Assembly (NCBI GenBank): GCA_965249225.1
Contig: CBDFLT010000007.1
Coordinates: 198,213-262,212 of the forward strand
Length of the DNA stretch: 64,000 nt
Source: Dehalococcoidia bacterium
GTDB lineage: Bacteria > Chloroflexota > Dehalococcoidia > Lucifugimonadales > G963668185
Direction of reading: 5' to 3'
Every line of letters starts with the position of its first letter. Position 1 is the stretch's first letter. Position numbers and translations under genes: made by a program. The notes under the pieces are model-generated. The model made no database searches, was not told where the DNA came from, and was given only the letters and a program-made list of their open reading frames with translations. Shown here piece by piece: positions 17,988 to 29,321 of the stretch.

Positions 17988-19132
17988 TGGAGTCGCGAAG
18001 GCTAGATTTGAATACAGTGTCAAAGTCCAAAGGCCCTCTGCTGACCTTCAACATCACCAAGCGGTTCCGGGATTTCGCCCTGGAGTGCGAGGCCACGTTC
18101 GATTGCGGGGTTACGGCCGTCTTCGGGCATTCGGGCAGTGGCAAGACCACCTTACTCAACTGTATTTCCGGGATGGATAGCCCAACCGGGGGCGAGATTG
18201 AGCTGCTGGGACGGACTATCTTCTCCATAGAGGACGGTGTGAACGTCCCGGCGGAGAAACGCCGGATAGGCTACGTGTTTCAGGACATGGCCCTGTTTCC
18301 CCACATGAGCGTGCTGGACAATATTATGTACGGCTATAAACTGACGCCGGTGCCCTTCCGCGAGATCGAGCCCGGGCAACTGATAGACCTGTTCCAGCTG
18401 TCTCCGCTGCTGGACAGAGGCGTAGCCAATCTCTCGGGGGGCGAGCGCGAGAGAGTGGCCTTGGCGCGGGCGCTTGCCACGTCACCCGACCTTCTGCTTC
18501 TGGATGAACCACTGGCATCGCTGGATATGGGGTTTCGTGGCGTCATAATCCGGTATCTCAAACGCATCTGGCGTGAGCTGCGCACACCTATGATTTACGT
18601 CTCCCACTCCATATCGGAAGTAATGGCGCTTGCCGAATCTGCGCTCGTATTGTCCGATGGGAAACCGGTTGTCCAGGACAGGCCGTCGAGTTTGCTGTTC
18701 CATCCCGGTGTTTCGACCATCGCCGACTACGCGACACTGGAGAACCTGCTGGACGCTCAGGTGGTCTCGCGGGCCGGCGATGGTGGGCTGGCCGAGCTGA
18801 GGGTCGGTGACGTCCGGCTGCTGGTGTCCGACGTGTACAGGGAACCGGGTGAGGAGGTGACGGTGTCGATTCGGGCCGGAGACATCATCCTGGCACGGGA
18901 TGCACCGTCGAAGCTGAGCGCGCGCAACATTCTACCGGCCACCGTCAGAGAGATACACGTCTCCGGTCCCCGTGTCCTCGTCTACGCCGACGTCGGCTGC
19001 GATATTGTCGTGGAAATAACGCTCGGCGCGCTCGAAGACCTGGAGCTGCGTGAGGGGCAGCAGGTCCACCTGATCGTCAAGACCAACGGCATCATGGTGT
19101 TGGACGCGCCGAATCGCGGGCCTGAGGCTTAG
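17987..19132 (+). CDS. modC: molybdate ABC transporter ATP-binding protein with C-terminal TOBE/Mop domain
   Basis: Walker A GHSGSGKTTLLNCISG, signature LSGGERERVALARAL, Walker B LLLLDEPLASLD. The start is at ATG 17987; the upstream part of track ORF 17702.. is a frame shadow over modB. Confidence 0.9.
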   Translation: MESRRLDLNTVSKSKGPLLTFNITKRFRDFALECEATFDCGVTAVFGHSGSGKTTLLNCISGMDSPTGGEIELLGRTIFSIEDGVNVPAEKRRIGYVFQDMALFPHMSVLDNIMYGYKLTPVPFREIEPGQLIDLFQLSPLLDRGVANLSGGERERVALARALATSPDLLLLDEPLASLDMGFRGVIIRYLKRIWRELRTPMIYVSHSISEVMALAESALVLSDGKPVVQDRPSSLLFHPGVSTIADYATLENLLDAQVVSRAGDGGLAELRVGDVRLLVSDVYREPGEEVTVSIRAGDIILARDAPSKLSARNILPATVREIHVSGPRVLVYADVGCDIVVEITLGALEDLELREGQQVHLIVKTNGIMVLDAPNRGPEA

Positions 19133-19137
19133 AAGAG

Positions 19138-19437
19138 ATGTGCGCAACCCGCAACCGCCTTGGGCCGGATGGCTCCCATCTGCTCAGGCTTGAGGACCTC
19201 GACGTCACCAACGGTCCTGACCTGCACGTCATCCTCTCGCCGGTTCCCAACCCCAAGAAACGGGATACCGTGAAGACCCCCGGGTACGTCGATCTTGGCA
19301 AGCTCAAAGGTAACAAGGGGAATCAAAATCGTCCTATTCCCGCTGATGTCGACGTGACGATCCAGGGAAGCGTTGTTATCTACTGCGCGCCCTTCCACGT
19401 GATCTTCAGCGTAGCGCCGCTGCGAGACGTGGGTTAG
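19138..19437 (+). CDS. DM13 domain-containing protein (short, possibly N-terminally truncated)
   Basis: LEDLDVTNGPDLHVILS....GYVDLGKLKGNKGNQNRPIPADVD...SVVIYCAPFHVIFSVA resembles the DM13 domain. There is no signal peptide or preceding domain. Confidence 0.5.
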   Translation: MCATRNRLGPDGSHLLRLEDLDVTNGPDLHVILSPVPNPKKRDTVKTPGYVDLGKLKGNKGNQNRPIPADVDVTIQGSVVIYCAPFHVIFSVAPLRDVG

Positions 19438-19471
19438 ATTCGGACGAGTCGACGGATTAGCGGGCCAGCGG

Positions 19472-20233
19472 TTATGCCTCCTCGCCCCGAACGATGCCTT
19501 TGCCCGTTGGGCAGACTTCGAGAAGGCAGCAGCCCGCGCACTCCGGCCGCTTTCGGCAGACCTCCCTGCCGTGACGCACGATCAGGGCGTGGTACTCGCC
19601 GTACAGACCCGGATCGGCCGGCAGATGGCGCGTGAACAGGCCCTGGTATTCCGAGTACATTCCTTTCTGAGGGGCCAGTCCGAGCCTGGCGAAGATGCGC
19701 CGGGTGTAAGAGTCCACGACGAAGACCGGCTGACCGCCGACGTATAGCAGAATATCGTCGGCGGTCTCCTCGCCGATGCCATAAACGCCCAACAGCTCCT
19801 CCCTTAGCGAGCCAGCATTTTCCTGCGACATGGCGTCCAGATCGTCGTCGAACCGCCGGCCCAGAAACTCGGCTAGCGCCTTCAGCTTCCGGGCCTTGAC
19901 GTTGTAGTACACCGTTGGATACAGCAGAGCGGCCAGCCTCTCCTCGGGGATGCGTCGAATCGCCTGTGGGGATAAGGCGCCGGCGGCCTTGAGGTTGGTG
20001 ATGGCCTTCTCCACGTTGACCCAGGCCGCCGCCTGCGTGAGCACGGCGCCGACCATGATTTCGAAGGCGGTCTCCCCTGGCCACCAACGCTGAGGCCCGT
20101 ACCTATGGGCCAGCCGTTGGTAGATTTCCAGAAGACTTTGCCGAATTTCCTTGCTGCCGTCCAAGTCGGATCTGAGGGCTAGGGTTCTCATAGCTGGTCG
20201 GTCAAATTGACTGAGCATCGCGACGGAGCTCAT
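19472..20233 (-). CDS. endonuclease III-related HhH-GPD base-excision repair protein
   Basis: HhH-GPD core (GVYGIGEETADDILLY) and a C-terminal Cys cluster (CRKRPECAGCCLLEVC). Confidence 0.75.
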   Translation of the reverse strand: MSSVAMLSQFDRPAMRTLALRSDLDGSKEIRQSLLEIYQRLAHRYGPQRWWPGETAFEIMVGAVLTQAAAWVNVEKAITNLKAAGALSPQAIRRIPEERLAALLYPTVYYNVKARKLKALAEFLGRRFDDDLDAMSQENAGSLREELLGVYGIGEETADDILLYVGGQPVFVVDSYTRRIFARLGLAPQKGMYSEYQGLFTRHLPADPGLYGEYHALIVRHGREVCRKRPECAGCCLLEVCPTGKGIVRGEEA

Positions 20234-20327
20234 CCTAGCATCAGCGCCCGTTTTCCAACAACTTGAATCGCGCTCGCCTCCCCCTTAAACTTTCATTACG
20301 AGAACGTCAAAAGAGGCGCGGAGTCCG

Positions 20328-21167
20328 GTGAAGACCTTTTTACAGAAATTACTAGAGGCCTGTGAGGCAAGCCAGAGCCTGGTGTGCGTCGGCCTCGATC
20401 CCGATCCGGACCGGATGCCGGTCTCAGATGTTTTGGCGTTCAACAAAGCGATCATTGATGCCACAAAGGACTTGGTGTGCGCCTACAAGCCGAACCTGGC
20501 GTTCTACGAGGCCTTGGGTCGATCGGGGCTGGACGCCCTAGAGGGGACGGTGGCCTACGTGCGAGAGCAGGCACCGGCCGTTATGGTGATCGGTGACGCC
20601 AAGCGCGGCGACATCGCCTCCTCCAACGCGCGCTATGCCAGGGCCATGTTCGAGGTGTGGGGCTTCGACGCCACCACGGTTAACTGCTACGGCGGTGGCG
20701 AATCCCTGGAGCCGTTTCTCCAGTACAAGGACCGGGGCGTGTTCGTCTGGTGCCGGTCCTCCAACCCAGGCGCACGGGAGTTCCAGGACCTGAGTCTATC
20801 GTCGGGCGGTGAGACGGAGGTACTGTACCAGTGGGTGGCCCGTCGCGCGGCCGAATGGGACATCAAAACGGGAAACGTTGGACTGGTGGTGGGCGCTACC
20901 TATCCAGAAGAGCTGAAGTTAATCCGCTCTCGGTGGCCTGAGGTCCCACTGCTGATCCCAGGTGTCGGCAAGCAGGGAGGAGACCTATCGGCGGCCGTCA
21001 AGTTTGGAGTGAACCCTCGCGGTCGGGGGGCCTTAATCAACTCGTCTAGTGGGGTAATTTACGCGTCCGAAGACCCTGCCGATTTCGCGGTGGCCGCTCG
21101 CGGCGCTGCGGAGGACCTGCGCCGCCGGATCAACCGTATCCTTAGCGAGGAGGGGAGGGGTTGGTAA
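20328..21167 (+). CDS. pyrF: orotidine 5'-phosphate decarboxylase (type 2)
   Basis: [14 protein letters not shown]...[11 protein letters not shown]...[12 protein letters not shown]...PGVGKQGG. Confidence 0.9.
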   Translation: MKTFLQKLLEACEASQSLVCVGLDPDPDRMPVSDVLAFNKAIIDATKDLVCAYKPNLAFYEALGRSGLDALEGTVAYVREQAPAVMVIGDAKRGDIASSNARYARAMFEVWGFDATTVNCYGGGESLEPFLQYKDRGVFVWCRSSNPGAREFQDLSLSSGGETEVLYQWVARRAAEWDIKTGNVGLVVGATYPEELKLIRSRWPEVPLLIPGVGKQGGDLSAAVKFGVNPRGRGALINSSSGVIYASEDPADFAVAARGAAEDLRRRINRILSEEGRGW

Positions 21168-21355
21168 CCGAGCTGCGCTTGGGCGACGTGGTGCGGCTCA
21201 GGAAGGTGCACCCTTGTGGCGGGTACGAGTGGGAAGTCGTTCGATTGGGTGCCGATATCGGGGTTCGGTGCCTCACCTGCGGCCGACGGGTTCTGATGTC
21301 GCGGTGGACACTGCAGAAGAGGATCAAGAGTTTGAAGCCCACCAACCCGGTTTAA
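21161..21355 (+). CDS. DUF951 family small protein
   Basis: [42 protein letters not shown] matches the DUF951 pattern as I remember it. Confidence 0.65.
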   Translation: MVTELRLGDVVRLRKVHPCGGYEWEVVRLGADIGVRCLTCGRRVLMSRWTLQKRIKSLKPTNPV

Positions 21356-21568
21356 CCCGTTAGGTGGGCCGGCAATTTTGGACGGGAATTAGCGTCCCGA
21401 GGCGGTGAGACTTCCGCCCGTGGCTACGTGATGTTGAGGTGCCGCGGCGCGGTGGATGCGTCGCCCTCCCGCCGGAAATTCTCCCCCCGAGGGGTCGCCG
21501 TCTTCGTTGACACCCTTTGGGGTTGGGCCTAAAATGGCAATACCCATTTGGCAAGGAGGAACGGGTCT

Positions 21569-22144
21569 ATGAATGAGATGGTCATAGACAGCATACGGGT
21601 CAGTCTCATGAACTATCAGAGGGTGGTAATCCTCCGCGCGAAGGACACCAATCGCTATCTTCCCATCTGGATTGGCCCGACTGAGGCGGACGCCATCGCG
21701 TTGCGTCTGCAAGATGTATCTGTTCCTCGCCCACTTACCCATGATCTGCTGCGTTCCATCATCGCGACCCTGGGCGCCACGGTGAGCAAGGTGGTCGTGT
21801 CCGATCTGACAGACGATACCTTTTACGCGAAGGTCGTGCTGCAGTCTAATGGGTCCACCATGGAGATCGACTCACGGCCGAGCGATGCGATCGCCCTGGC
21901 CGTCCGGACGGATGCCCCCATCTTCGCCGATGACTCCGTGCTGGACAAGGCGGGTGTGATAATGGATGAGGAGACCGGCACGCCTCAGGTCCCGACCGAC
22001 GGCGACCGGCGCCCCGTCGATGAAGAGGAGTTGAAGAGGCTCTCGGCGTTCACGGATTTTGTGGACACGCTGGACCTGGAAGGCCTGGGGAGCGAAGGAA
22101 AGCCACCGCCACCGTCTGAACCACCATCTGAAAGCAAGTCATGA
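21569..22144 (+). CDS. bifunctional nuclease (BFN/DUF151) family protein
   Basis: VVILRAKDTNRYLPIWIGPTEADAIALRLQDVSVPRPLTHDLL. Start at ATG 21569, 9 nt after AAGGAGG. Confidence 0.75.
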   Translation: MNEMVIDSIRVSLMNYQRVVILRAKDTNRYLPIWIGPTEADAIALRLQDVSVPRPLTHDLLRSIIATLGATVSKVVVSDLTDDTFYAKVVLQSNGSTMEIDSRPSDAIALAVRTDAPIFADDSVLDKAGVIMDEETGTPQVPTDGDRRPVDEEELKRLSAFTDFVDTLDLEGLGSEGKPPPPSEPPSESKS

Positions 22145-22176
22145 CCGCACTGGCGGCTAAAGATTAACCGTTCGAT

Positions 22177-22206
22177 AAGGCCCCGCAAATCTGCGGGGCC
22201 TTATTC
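22177..22206 (+). terminator. intrinsic terminator
   Basis: Perfect 10-bp stem aaggccccgc/gcggggcctt with a 6-nt loop, followed by attcg (weak T-tract). Confidence 0.6.
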
Positions 22207-22268
22207 GTGCTCGGGGTGGTTTGACCCCTTCGGATAGTTCATCCCGGTGCGGGACGCGCCTGCCGAAA

Positions 22269-22299
22269 TTGACAAGCTGGAATTCGATAGTGATATAAT
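22269..22299 (+). promoter_or_regulatory. sigma70-like promoter of the atp operon (TTGACA ... TGaTATAAT)
   Basis: ttgaca at 22269-22274 and an extended -10 tgatataat ending at 22299. The spacer is 19 nt, slightly long. Confidence 0.4.
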
Positions 22300-22323
22300 A
22301 CGCAATCGCTGAAGGGCCCACTG

Positions 22324-22563
22324 ATGAACCCCGATAGGATGGGCACCGCACTCCGGCTCCTGGGCATCGGTTGGTATGTGGTGATCTGTATTTTCGGAGG
22401 GGTGTACGGCGGTTACGCTCTGGATCGCTGGCTTGACTTAAGCCCATTGCTCACCCTTCTTGGATTGGCGGCCGGGTTAATTGTCGCCGGCATTGGAACG
22501 TACAGGATGCTCATGGCGTTTCTGAGGGCTGACTCCAATCCCGGTGGTGAGAGCAAAGAATAG
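22324..22563 (+). CDS. atpZ: AtpZ/AtpI-family small membrane protein
   Basis: 79 aa with two TM helices, immediately upstream of atpB. Confidence 0.7.
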   Translation: MNPDRMGTALRLLGIGWYVVICIFGGVYGGYALDRWLDLSPLLTLLGLAAGLIVAGIGTYRMLMAFLRADSNPGGESKE

Positions 22564-23621
22564 TGTCGAATCTGCTCCGTAACCCCAGAATCGTAACGGT
22601 CTTCGTCGTTCTGGGGATTCTCTTTCTCGTCGGCCTCGCCGGTGGAGCGCTCGGGAACGAGTTCGGCGGCGGATTCATCGGCTCCCCCATCCCCCACCTT
22701 CAGCTAGCAGCAGAGTCGATCACTTCCGAAGAGCTGTTCCCCGGTTTCGAGCTCACCAATACCATGGTGGCAACATGGCTCACCATCTTGATACTGGTGG
22801 TCCTCTCTTTCTCAGCCACACGCAGAATGAAGGAGGTTCCCAGAGGTCTCCAGAACCTCTTTGAAGTAATTATCGAGTTCTTCCTGAACTTGGCTGAGAG
22901 CGTGGCCGGACCCGCCAGGGCCCGGCGGTTCTTTCCCCTGGTTATGACCATCTTCATCTTCATCGTGTCGGCCAACTGGGTGGGAATCCTTCCTGGGTTC
23001 GGGACCATAGGGAGGGTGGAGGCACCTGAGGAGGTCATCCATCACGCCCGGGAAGGCGATGAGAATGTCGACCTCGCTGATCTTAGGCTCCAGCTGTTTG
23101 ACGGCGAGGGCTCGCTCGCCCTGGTGCAGTTTGGAACCGTTGACGACGTGATCACCGCTGAGGAATGGGAGCGCGACGGCGTGGAAGAGGGCAAGCAGGC
23201 CGGCCGGCTGGCGCCTTTCCTGCGCAGCGCCAATACCGACATTAACACGACCCTCGCCATCGCGCTTGTCGCCATGTTCATGGTCCACTGGTGGGCTATC
23301 AGGACCCTGGGTATCTTTAGTCACGTGGGCAAGTTCATCAACCTCAAAGCGGGCCCTGTTTGGATATTCGTGGGGATCCTGGAGGGTATCAGCGAGTTTG
23401 CCCGGATCATCAGCTTCAGCTTTCGTCTCTTCGGCAATATCTTTGCCGGCGAGGTTCTGCTGGTGGCGATGGCCTTTATGGTGCCCTTGGTCGGTATCAT
23501 CCCGTTCCTGGGCCTGGAGCTTTTCGTGGGTTTGATCCAGGCGTTTATATTCTCGATGCTCACACTGGTGTTCGCCACGACGGCAACCACGGAGGTCAGC
23601 CATGGTGCGGAGGGGCACTAG
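22563..23621 (+). CDS. atpB: F0F1 ATP synthase subunit a (with ~70-aa loop insertion)
   Basis: C-terminal signature ISFSFRLFGNIFAGEVLL contains the essential Arg. It has multiple TM helices and sits at the expected operon position. Confidence 0.9.
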   Translation: MSNLLRNPRIVTVFVVLGILFLVGLAGGALGNEFGGGFIGSPIPHLQLAAESITSEELFPGFELTNTMVATWLTILILVVLSFSATRRMKEVPRGLQNLFEVIIEFFLNLAESVAGPARARRFFPLVMTIFIFIVSANWVGILPGFGTIGRVEAPEEVIHHAREGDENVDLADLRLQLFDGEGSLALVQFGTVDDVITAEEWERDGVEEGKQAGRLAPFLRSANTDINTTLAIALVAMFMVHWWAIRTLGIFSHVGKFINLKAGPVWIFVGILEGISEFARIISFSFRLFGNIFAGEVLLVAMAFMVPLVGIIPFLGLELFVGLIQAFIFSMLTLVFATTATTEVSHGAEGH

Positions 23622-23697
23622 GGGCAGGATTAGATCCGCTGTGAGTGGGTAATCCACTGAGGTGTTCATGTTGACACGGAGAATGATTGAGAAGTAG

Positions 23698-23961
<264 letters not shown>

Positions 23962-24034
23962 TTCGGTTACGCGGGGTTTCGGCCATATAGCCCATTTGTT
24001 GGGGTCTTATATATTGGCGAGGTAAGGAGAGAGT

Positions 24035-24538
24035 ATGCACGCCTTGGGAATCAACTTGACAGGCCTGGTTACTCAGGTCGTCAGTTTTCTGATCCTGTTC
24101 GCGGTCCTGTACAAGCTCCTCTACAAGCCTATCCTGCGCATGCTCGACACGCGGTCTGCTCGAATCAAAGAGAGTCTCGAGACCGCCGACAGGGTGCGGG
24201 AGGAAGCCGTCCGATCTCAAGAGGAGTTGCAGCAGCAGATCGAGGCGGCGCGGGCGGAAGGCCAGGCGATGATCTCCCAGGCCAAGGAGGTGGGGGAAAA
24301 GTATCGGGAGGAGGAGCTGACCAAGGCGAGGGCCGAGATCGGGGCGGCTAGGGCGCGGGCCGAGGCCGATATACAGAGCGAGAGGGACGCGGCCATAGAG
24401 GAGCTCCGGCGTGAGTTCGCAGGGCTGGCGATTTCGGCGGCGGAGCGCATAGTAGAGCGCTCGCTCGACGAGTCGTCGCATCGCGACCTCATCGAGAAAG
24501 TCCTGGACGAGGGCTCGCAGGTCGTTAAGAGGTCATAA
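24035..24538 (+). CDS. atpF: F0F1 ATP synthase subunit b
   Basis: An N-terminal TM helix followed by a long charged coiled coil, at the expected operon position. Confidence 0.9.
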   Translation: MHALGINLTGLVTQVVSFLILFAVLYKLLYKPILRMLDTRSARIKESLETADRVREEAVRSQEELQQQIEAARAEGQAMISQAKEVGEKYREEELTKARAEIGAARARAEADIQSERDAAIEELRREFAGLAISAAERIVERSLDESSHRDLIEKVLDEGSQVVKRS

Positions 24539-24561
24539 GGGATACGGGATAGGACATAACA

Positions 24562-25104
24562 ATGCCCAAGGGTGGCTCCGCCCGCCGATACGCGCAGGCG
24601 GTCTTCCAGTTGGCGTTTGAGAGAGATGAACTGGACGCGTGGAGGGACGACCTGGGTGTCATGGCGCGGGCGCTTCAAGACGAGGAGCTGACCCAGTTGC
24701 TGGACGCCCCCCACGTGCCCATCGAGCGGAAGCTGGACACCGTCGGCCGGGTGCTGGACGATTCCGTAGGCACGTTGCCTCGAAACATGCTCTCGCTTCT
24801 GGCGTCGCGAAACAGGTCGCATCTGGTACCTGCCATCCTCGATCGTTATTCTGCATTGCTCGACGCCCATCGTGCGATCGAGCGCGCCGAGGTCGTGTCG
24901 GCCGTGGAGCTGAGTGATGTCCAGCGAGAGAAGGTTGCGGACCTTTTGAGGGAGATCGTCGGTAAGGAGATACGGCTGACGTCCCGCGTGGACCCCCAGG
25001 TTCTCGGTGGACTGGTTGCGCGCGTCGGCGACCGGATAATCGACGGCAGCACCAGATCGAGGCTGGAGGGACTTCGCCAGAGCCTTGGTGGGCCGGTCTC
25101 CTAA
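24562..25104 (+). CDS. atpH: F0F1 ATP synthase subunit delta
   Basis: ARRYAQAVFQLA... and a C-terminal IIDGSTRSRL motif typical of OSCP/delta. Confidence 0.9.
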   Translation: MPKGGSARRYAQAVFQLAFERDELDAWRDDLGVMARALQDEELTQLLDAPHVPIERKLDTVGRVLDDSVGTLPRNMLSLLASRNRSHLVPAILDRYSALLDAHRAIERAEVVSAVELSDVQREKVADLLREIVGKEIRLTSRVDPQVLGGLVARVGDRIIDGSTRSRLEGLRQSLGGPVS

Positions 25105-25227
25105 TTGTAGAGTGCAGATAGACTTCAATATGGTGTCTAAAACTAAAATACCGTTCTATTCGGTCTGGTCGTGCGTGATGGGCATTCCGTTGCAGGCCCG
25201 CCGGTGGCATGAGCTAGGGAGGTAGGC

Positions 25228-26739
25228 ATGGCAGTCGGTGGACAGGACATAGCGTCCGTAATCAAGAAGCAGATAGAGGAGTTCGGCCAGCCGCTCACGA
25301 TGGTGGACGTCGGTGTGGTGGTCGAAGTGGGCGATGGCATTGCTCGCATCCACGGCCTTTCGGGCGTCAGCTACAGCGAGCTGCTGGAGTTTACGGGGGG
25401 TGTCATAGGTATGGCGCTTAACCTGGAAGAGGACCAGGTGGGCGCCGTCATCCTTGGTGACCCCCTGGAAATCAAGGCGGGCAGCGAGGTCAGGGCCACC
25501 GGCCGGATCGTCCAGGTACCGGTTGGAGACGCGCTTGTAGGTCGGGTGGTGGACGCTCTTGGAAGGCCCCTGGATGGGAAAGGCCCGATCAAGACCGACA
25601 AGGTGCGTCCGGTGGAGGTAGTGGCGCCCGGGGTAGCCACTAGGAGTTCCGTGAACACTCCGGTGCAGACGGGCGTCAAAGCCATCGACGCCATGATTCC
25701 CATCGGCCGGGGACAGCGAGAGTTGATAATCGGCGACCGGTCGACGGGTAAGAGCATGCTCGCCATCGACGCCATCATCAATCAGAAAGGCGGCGACCTG
25801 CTTTGCATCTACGTGGCTATTGGCCAGAAGGTGGGGAAGGTGGCGCAAACGGTGGCCTTGTTCGAGGAGCACGGCGCAATGGAGCACACCATCGTCGTTG
25901 CGGCCACTGCCGCCGACCCCGCGCCCATTCAGTACCTGGCCCCTTATGCCGGCTGTTCCATGGGTGAGGAGGTCATGCACCAGGGCAACGACGCTCTCAT
26001 CGTGTACGATGATCTCTCCAAGCACGCCTGGGCCTACCGGCAGATGTCCCTGCTTCTGCGGCGCCCCCCGGGGCGCGAGGCCTACCCTGGTGATGTGTTC
26101 TACCTTCACAGCCGGCTGCTGGAGCGGGCCGCCAGGCTGGACGATGCCCATGGCGGCGGCTCCTTGACGGCCCTGCCAATCATCGAGACCCTGGCGGGCG
26201 ACGTATCAGCTTACGTCCCCACCAACGTGATCTCCATCACCGACGGCCAGATCTATCTCGAGACCGAGCTGTTCAACTCCGGCATCAGGCCTGCGGTTAA
26301 CGCTGGGCTGTCGGTATCGAGAGTAGGAGGCGCGGCTCAGACACGGGCCATGAGACAGGTGGCAGGTCAGTTGCGGCTGTCCCTTGCCCAGTACCGCGAG
26401 CTGGTTACCTTCGCCCAGTTCGGCACCGCCGACCTGGATCGTGCAACGCGGGCCCAGCTCGAACGAGGACAGCGCGCCATGGAAGTCCTCAAGCAGGGGC
26501 AGAACGCTCCCTTGCCCATGGAGCAGCAGGCCTGCATCCTGTACGCTCTGGTTAATGGGCACTTAGACGATGTTGAGATCTCGAAGGTCAGGGCGTTCGA
26601 AGAGGGCCTAAGGGGTTACATGAGCACCAACCGGCCGGAGACGCTGAAGAAGATCGCGGAGGAGGGGGAAATCACCTCGGACACAGACGCCTTGCTCAAG
26701 GAGGCGCTGAAGGAGTTCAAGGCCAGCATTCCACACTAG
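25228..26739 (+). CDS. atpA: F0F1 ATP synthase subunit alpha
   Basis: Walker [16 protein letters not shown], and the overall alpha signature. Confidence 0.97.
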   Translation: MAVGGQDIASVIKKQIEEFGQPLTMVDVGVVVEVGDGIARIHGLSGVSYSELLEFTGGVIGMALNLEEDQVGAVILGDPLEIKAGSEVRATGRIVQVPVGDALVGRVVDALGRPLDGKGPIKTDKVRPVEVVAPGVATRSSVNTPVQTGVKAIDAMIPIGRGQRELIIGDRSTGKSMLAIDAIINQKGGDLLCIYVAIGQKVGKVAQTVALFEEHGAMEHTIVVAATAADPAPIQYLAPYAGCSMGEEVMHQGNDALIVYDDLSKHAWAYRQMSLLLRRPPGREAYPGDVFYLHSRLLERAARLDDAHGGGSLTALPIIETLAGDVSAYVPTNVISITDGQIYLETELFNSGIRPAVNAGLSVSRVGGAAQTRAMRQVAGQLRLSLAQYRELVTFAQFGTADLDRATRAQLERGQRAMEVLKQGQNAPLPMEQQACILYALVNGHLDDVEISKVRAFEEGLRGYMSTNRPETLKKIAEEGEITSDTDALLKEALKEFKASIPH

Positions 26740-26816
26740 ACTTGCTTCGCGGTCAGGGGTCTTCATCCACTTGGGGGTGGGGCTCAATGAACGGACAAAT
26801 GTAGCCAGGACTAAAT

Positions 26817-27674
26817 ATGCCCAGCGAGAGACAGATCAGACGCCGTATTCGCAGCGTCCAAAACACAGCCAAAATCACTAAGGCCATGTCCATGATCGCC
26901 GCCTCGAAGATGCGTCGCGCCCAGGAGATGGCCCTGATGGGCCGTCCCTACCACGATCGGATGCGGGAGCTTCTGGCGGACCTGGCGGCCCAGCCACAGG
27001 AGGAGGAAAATGCCCATCCACTTCTTCAGCGGCGTGAGGTTAAAAGGGTGGAGCTGGTGCATATCACTCCTGATCGAGGCCTGACCGGCGGCCTGAACTC
27101 CAACCTGAATCGTCGTTCCGGGCAGTTTATCCTCGACCACGACGGCAAGGTGAGTGTTGTGGCGGTTGGCCGAAAAGGGCGGGACTTTATGGTCAGGTAC
27201 CGTCGAGATGTGCGGGCCGTATTCATAGACCTGGGGGACCGGCCTACGCTCGCCGACATGACCCCCATAGCCCACCTCGTCATCGAGGAATATACCGAGC
27301 GGCGCGTGGATGCCGTTTACGTTACCTTCGCGAACTTCATCAATACCACGGTGCAGAGGCCTGAGGTGGTGCAGCTTCTCCCGGTCAAGCCTGCGGATTT
27401 GAGGCCCCAGGAGGCCGTAGGCTACATATACGAACCCGACAGCCTACCGGTGCTCTCGGCGCTGCTTCCCAGATTCGTCGAGATGCAGCTGTATCACCTG
27501 GTTCTCGAGGGGATCGCTAGTGAGCAGTCGGCCAGGATGGTCGCCATGCGCAACGCCACCGACAACGCCAGCGTCATGGTCGATGACCTGACGCTGGAGA
27601 TGAACAAAATCCGCCAGGAGACGATAACCAGTGATCTCCTTGACATCATCGGGGGAGTGGCGGCGCTCGAATAA
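26817..27674 (+). CDS. atpG: F0F1 ATP synthase subunit gamma
   Basis: IRRRIRSVQNTAKITKAMSMIAASKMRRAQ and a C-terminal ITSDLLDIIGG. Confidence 0.95.
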   Translation: MPSERQIRRRIRSVQNTAKITKAMSMIAASKMRRAQEMALMGRPYHDRMRELLADLAAQPQEEENAHPLLQRREVKRVELVHITPDRGLTGGLNSNLNRRSGQFILDHDGKVSVVAVGRKGRDFMVRYRRDVRAVFIDLGDRPTLADMTPIAHLVIEEYTERRVDAVYVTFANFINTTVQRPEVVQLLPVKPADLRPQEAVGYIYEPDSLPVLSALLPRFVEMQLYHLVLEGIASEQSARMVAMRNATDNASVMVDDLTLEMNKIRQETITSDLLDIIGGVAALE

Positions 27675-27697
27675 GGGACGAAAACACCCTGTGTTAG

Positions 27698-29128
<1,431 letters not shown>

Positions 29129-29258
29129 GCTGAGTCAATACGTAGGCTGTGATTCTTGATCGGTGGTTAGTCTAGCAAGTACCTTGCTGGCAATTGAGGG
29201 AAGTGAGGGTTGATGTTCAGAGAATCCAATCGAGTAGGTCCAGCCTACACCGGAAAAC

Positions 29259-29287
29259 TTGACAAATCATGTTCCAACACTTTAATT
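29259..29287 (+). promoter_or_regulatory. sigma70-like promoter inside the atp operon, upstream of the cassette (TTGACA-16 nt-TTTAAT)
   Basis: ttgaca at 29259-29264 and tttaat at 29281-29286 (or ttaatt at 29282-29287), about 35 nt upstream of the cassette ATG at 29322. Confidence 0.45.
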
Positions 29288-29321
29288 TGGAACAAACGTT
29301 CTCACAAACTGCGAATCCTAT

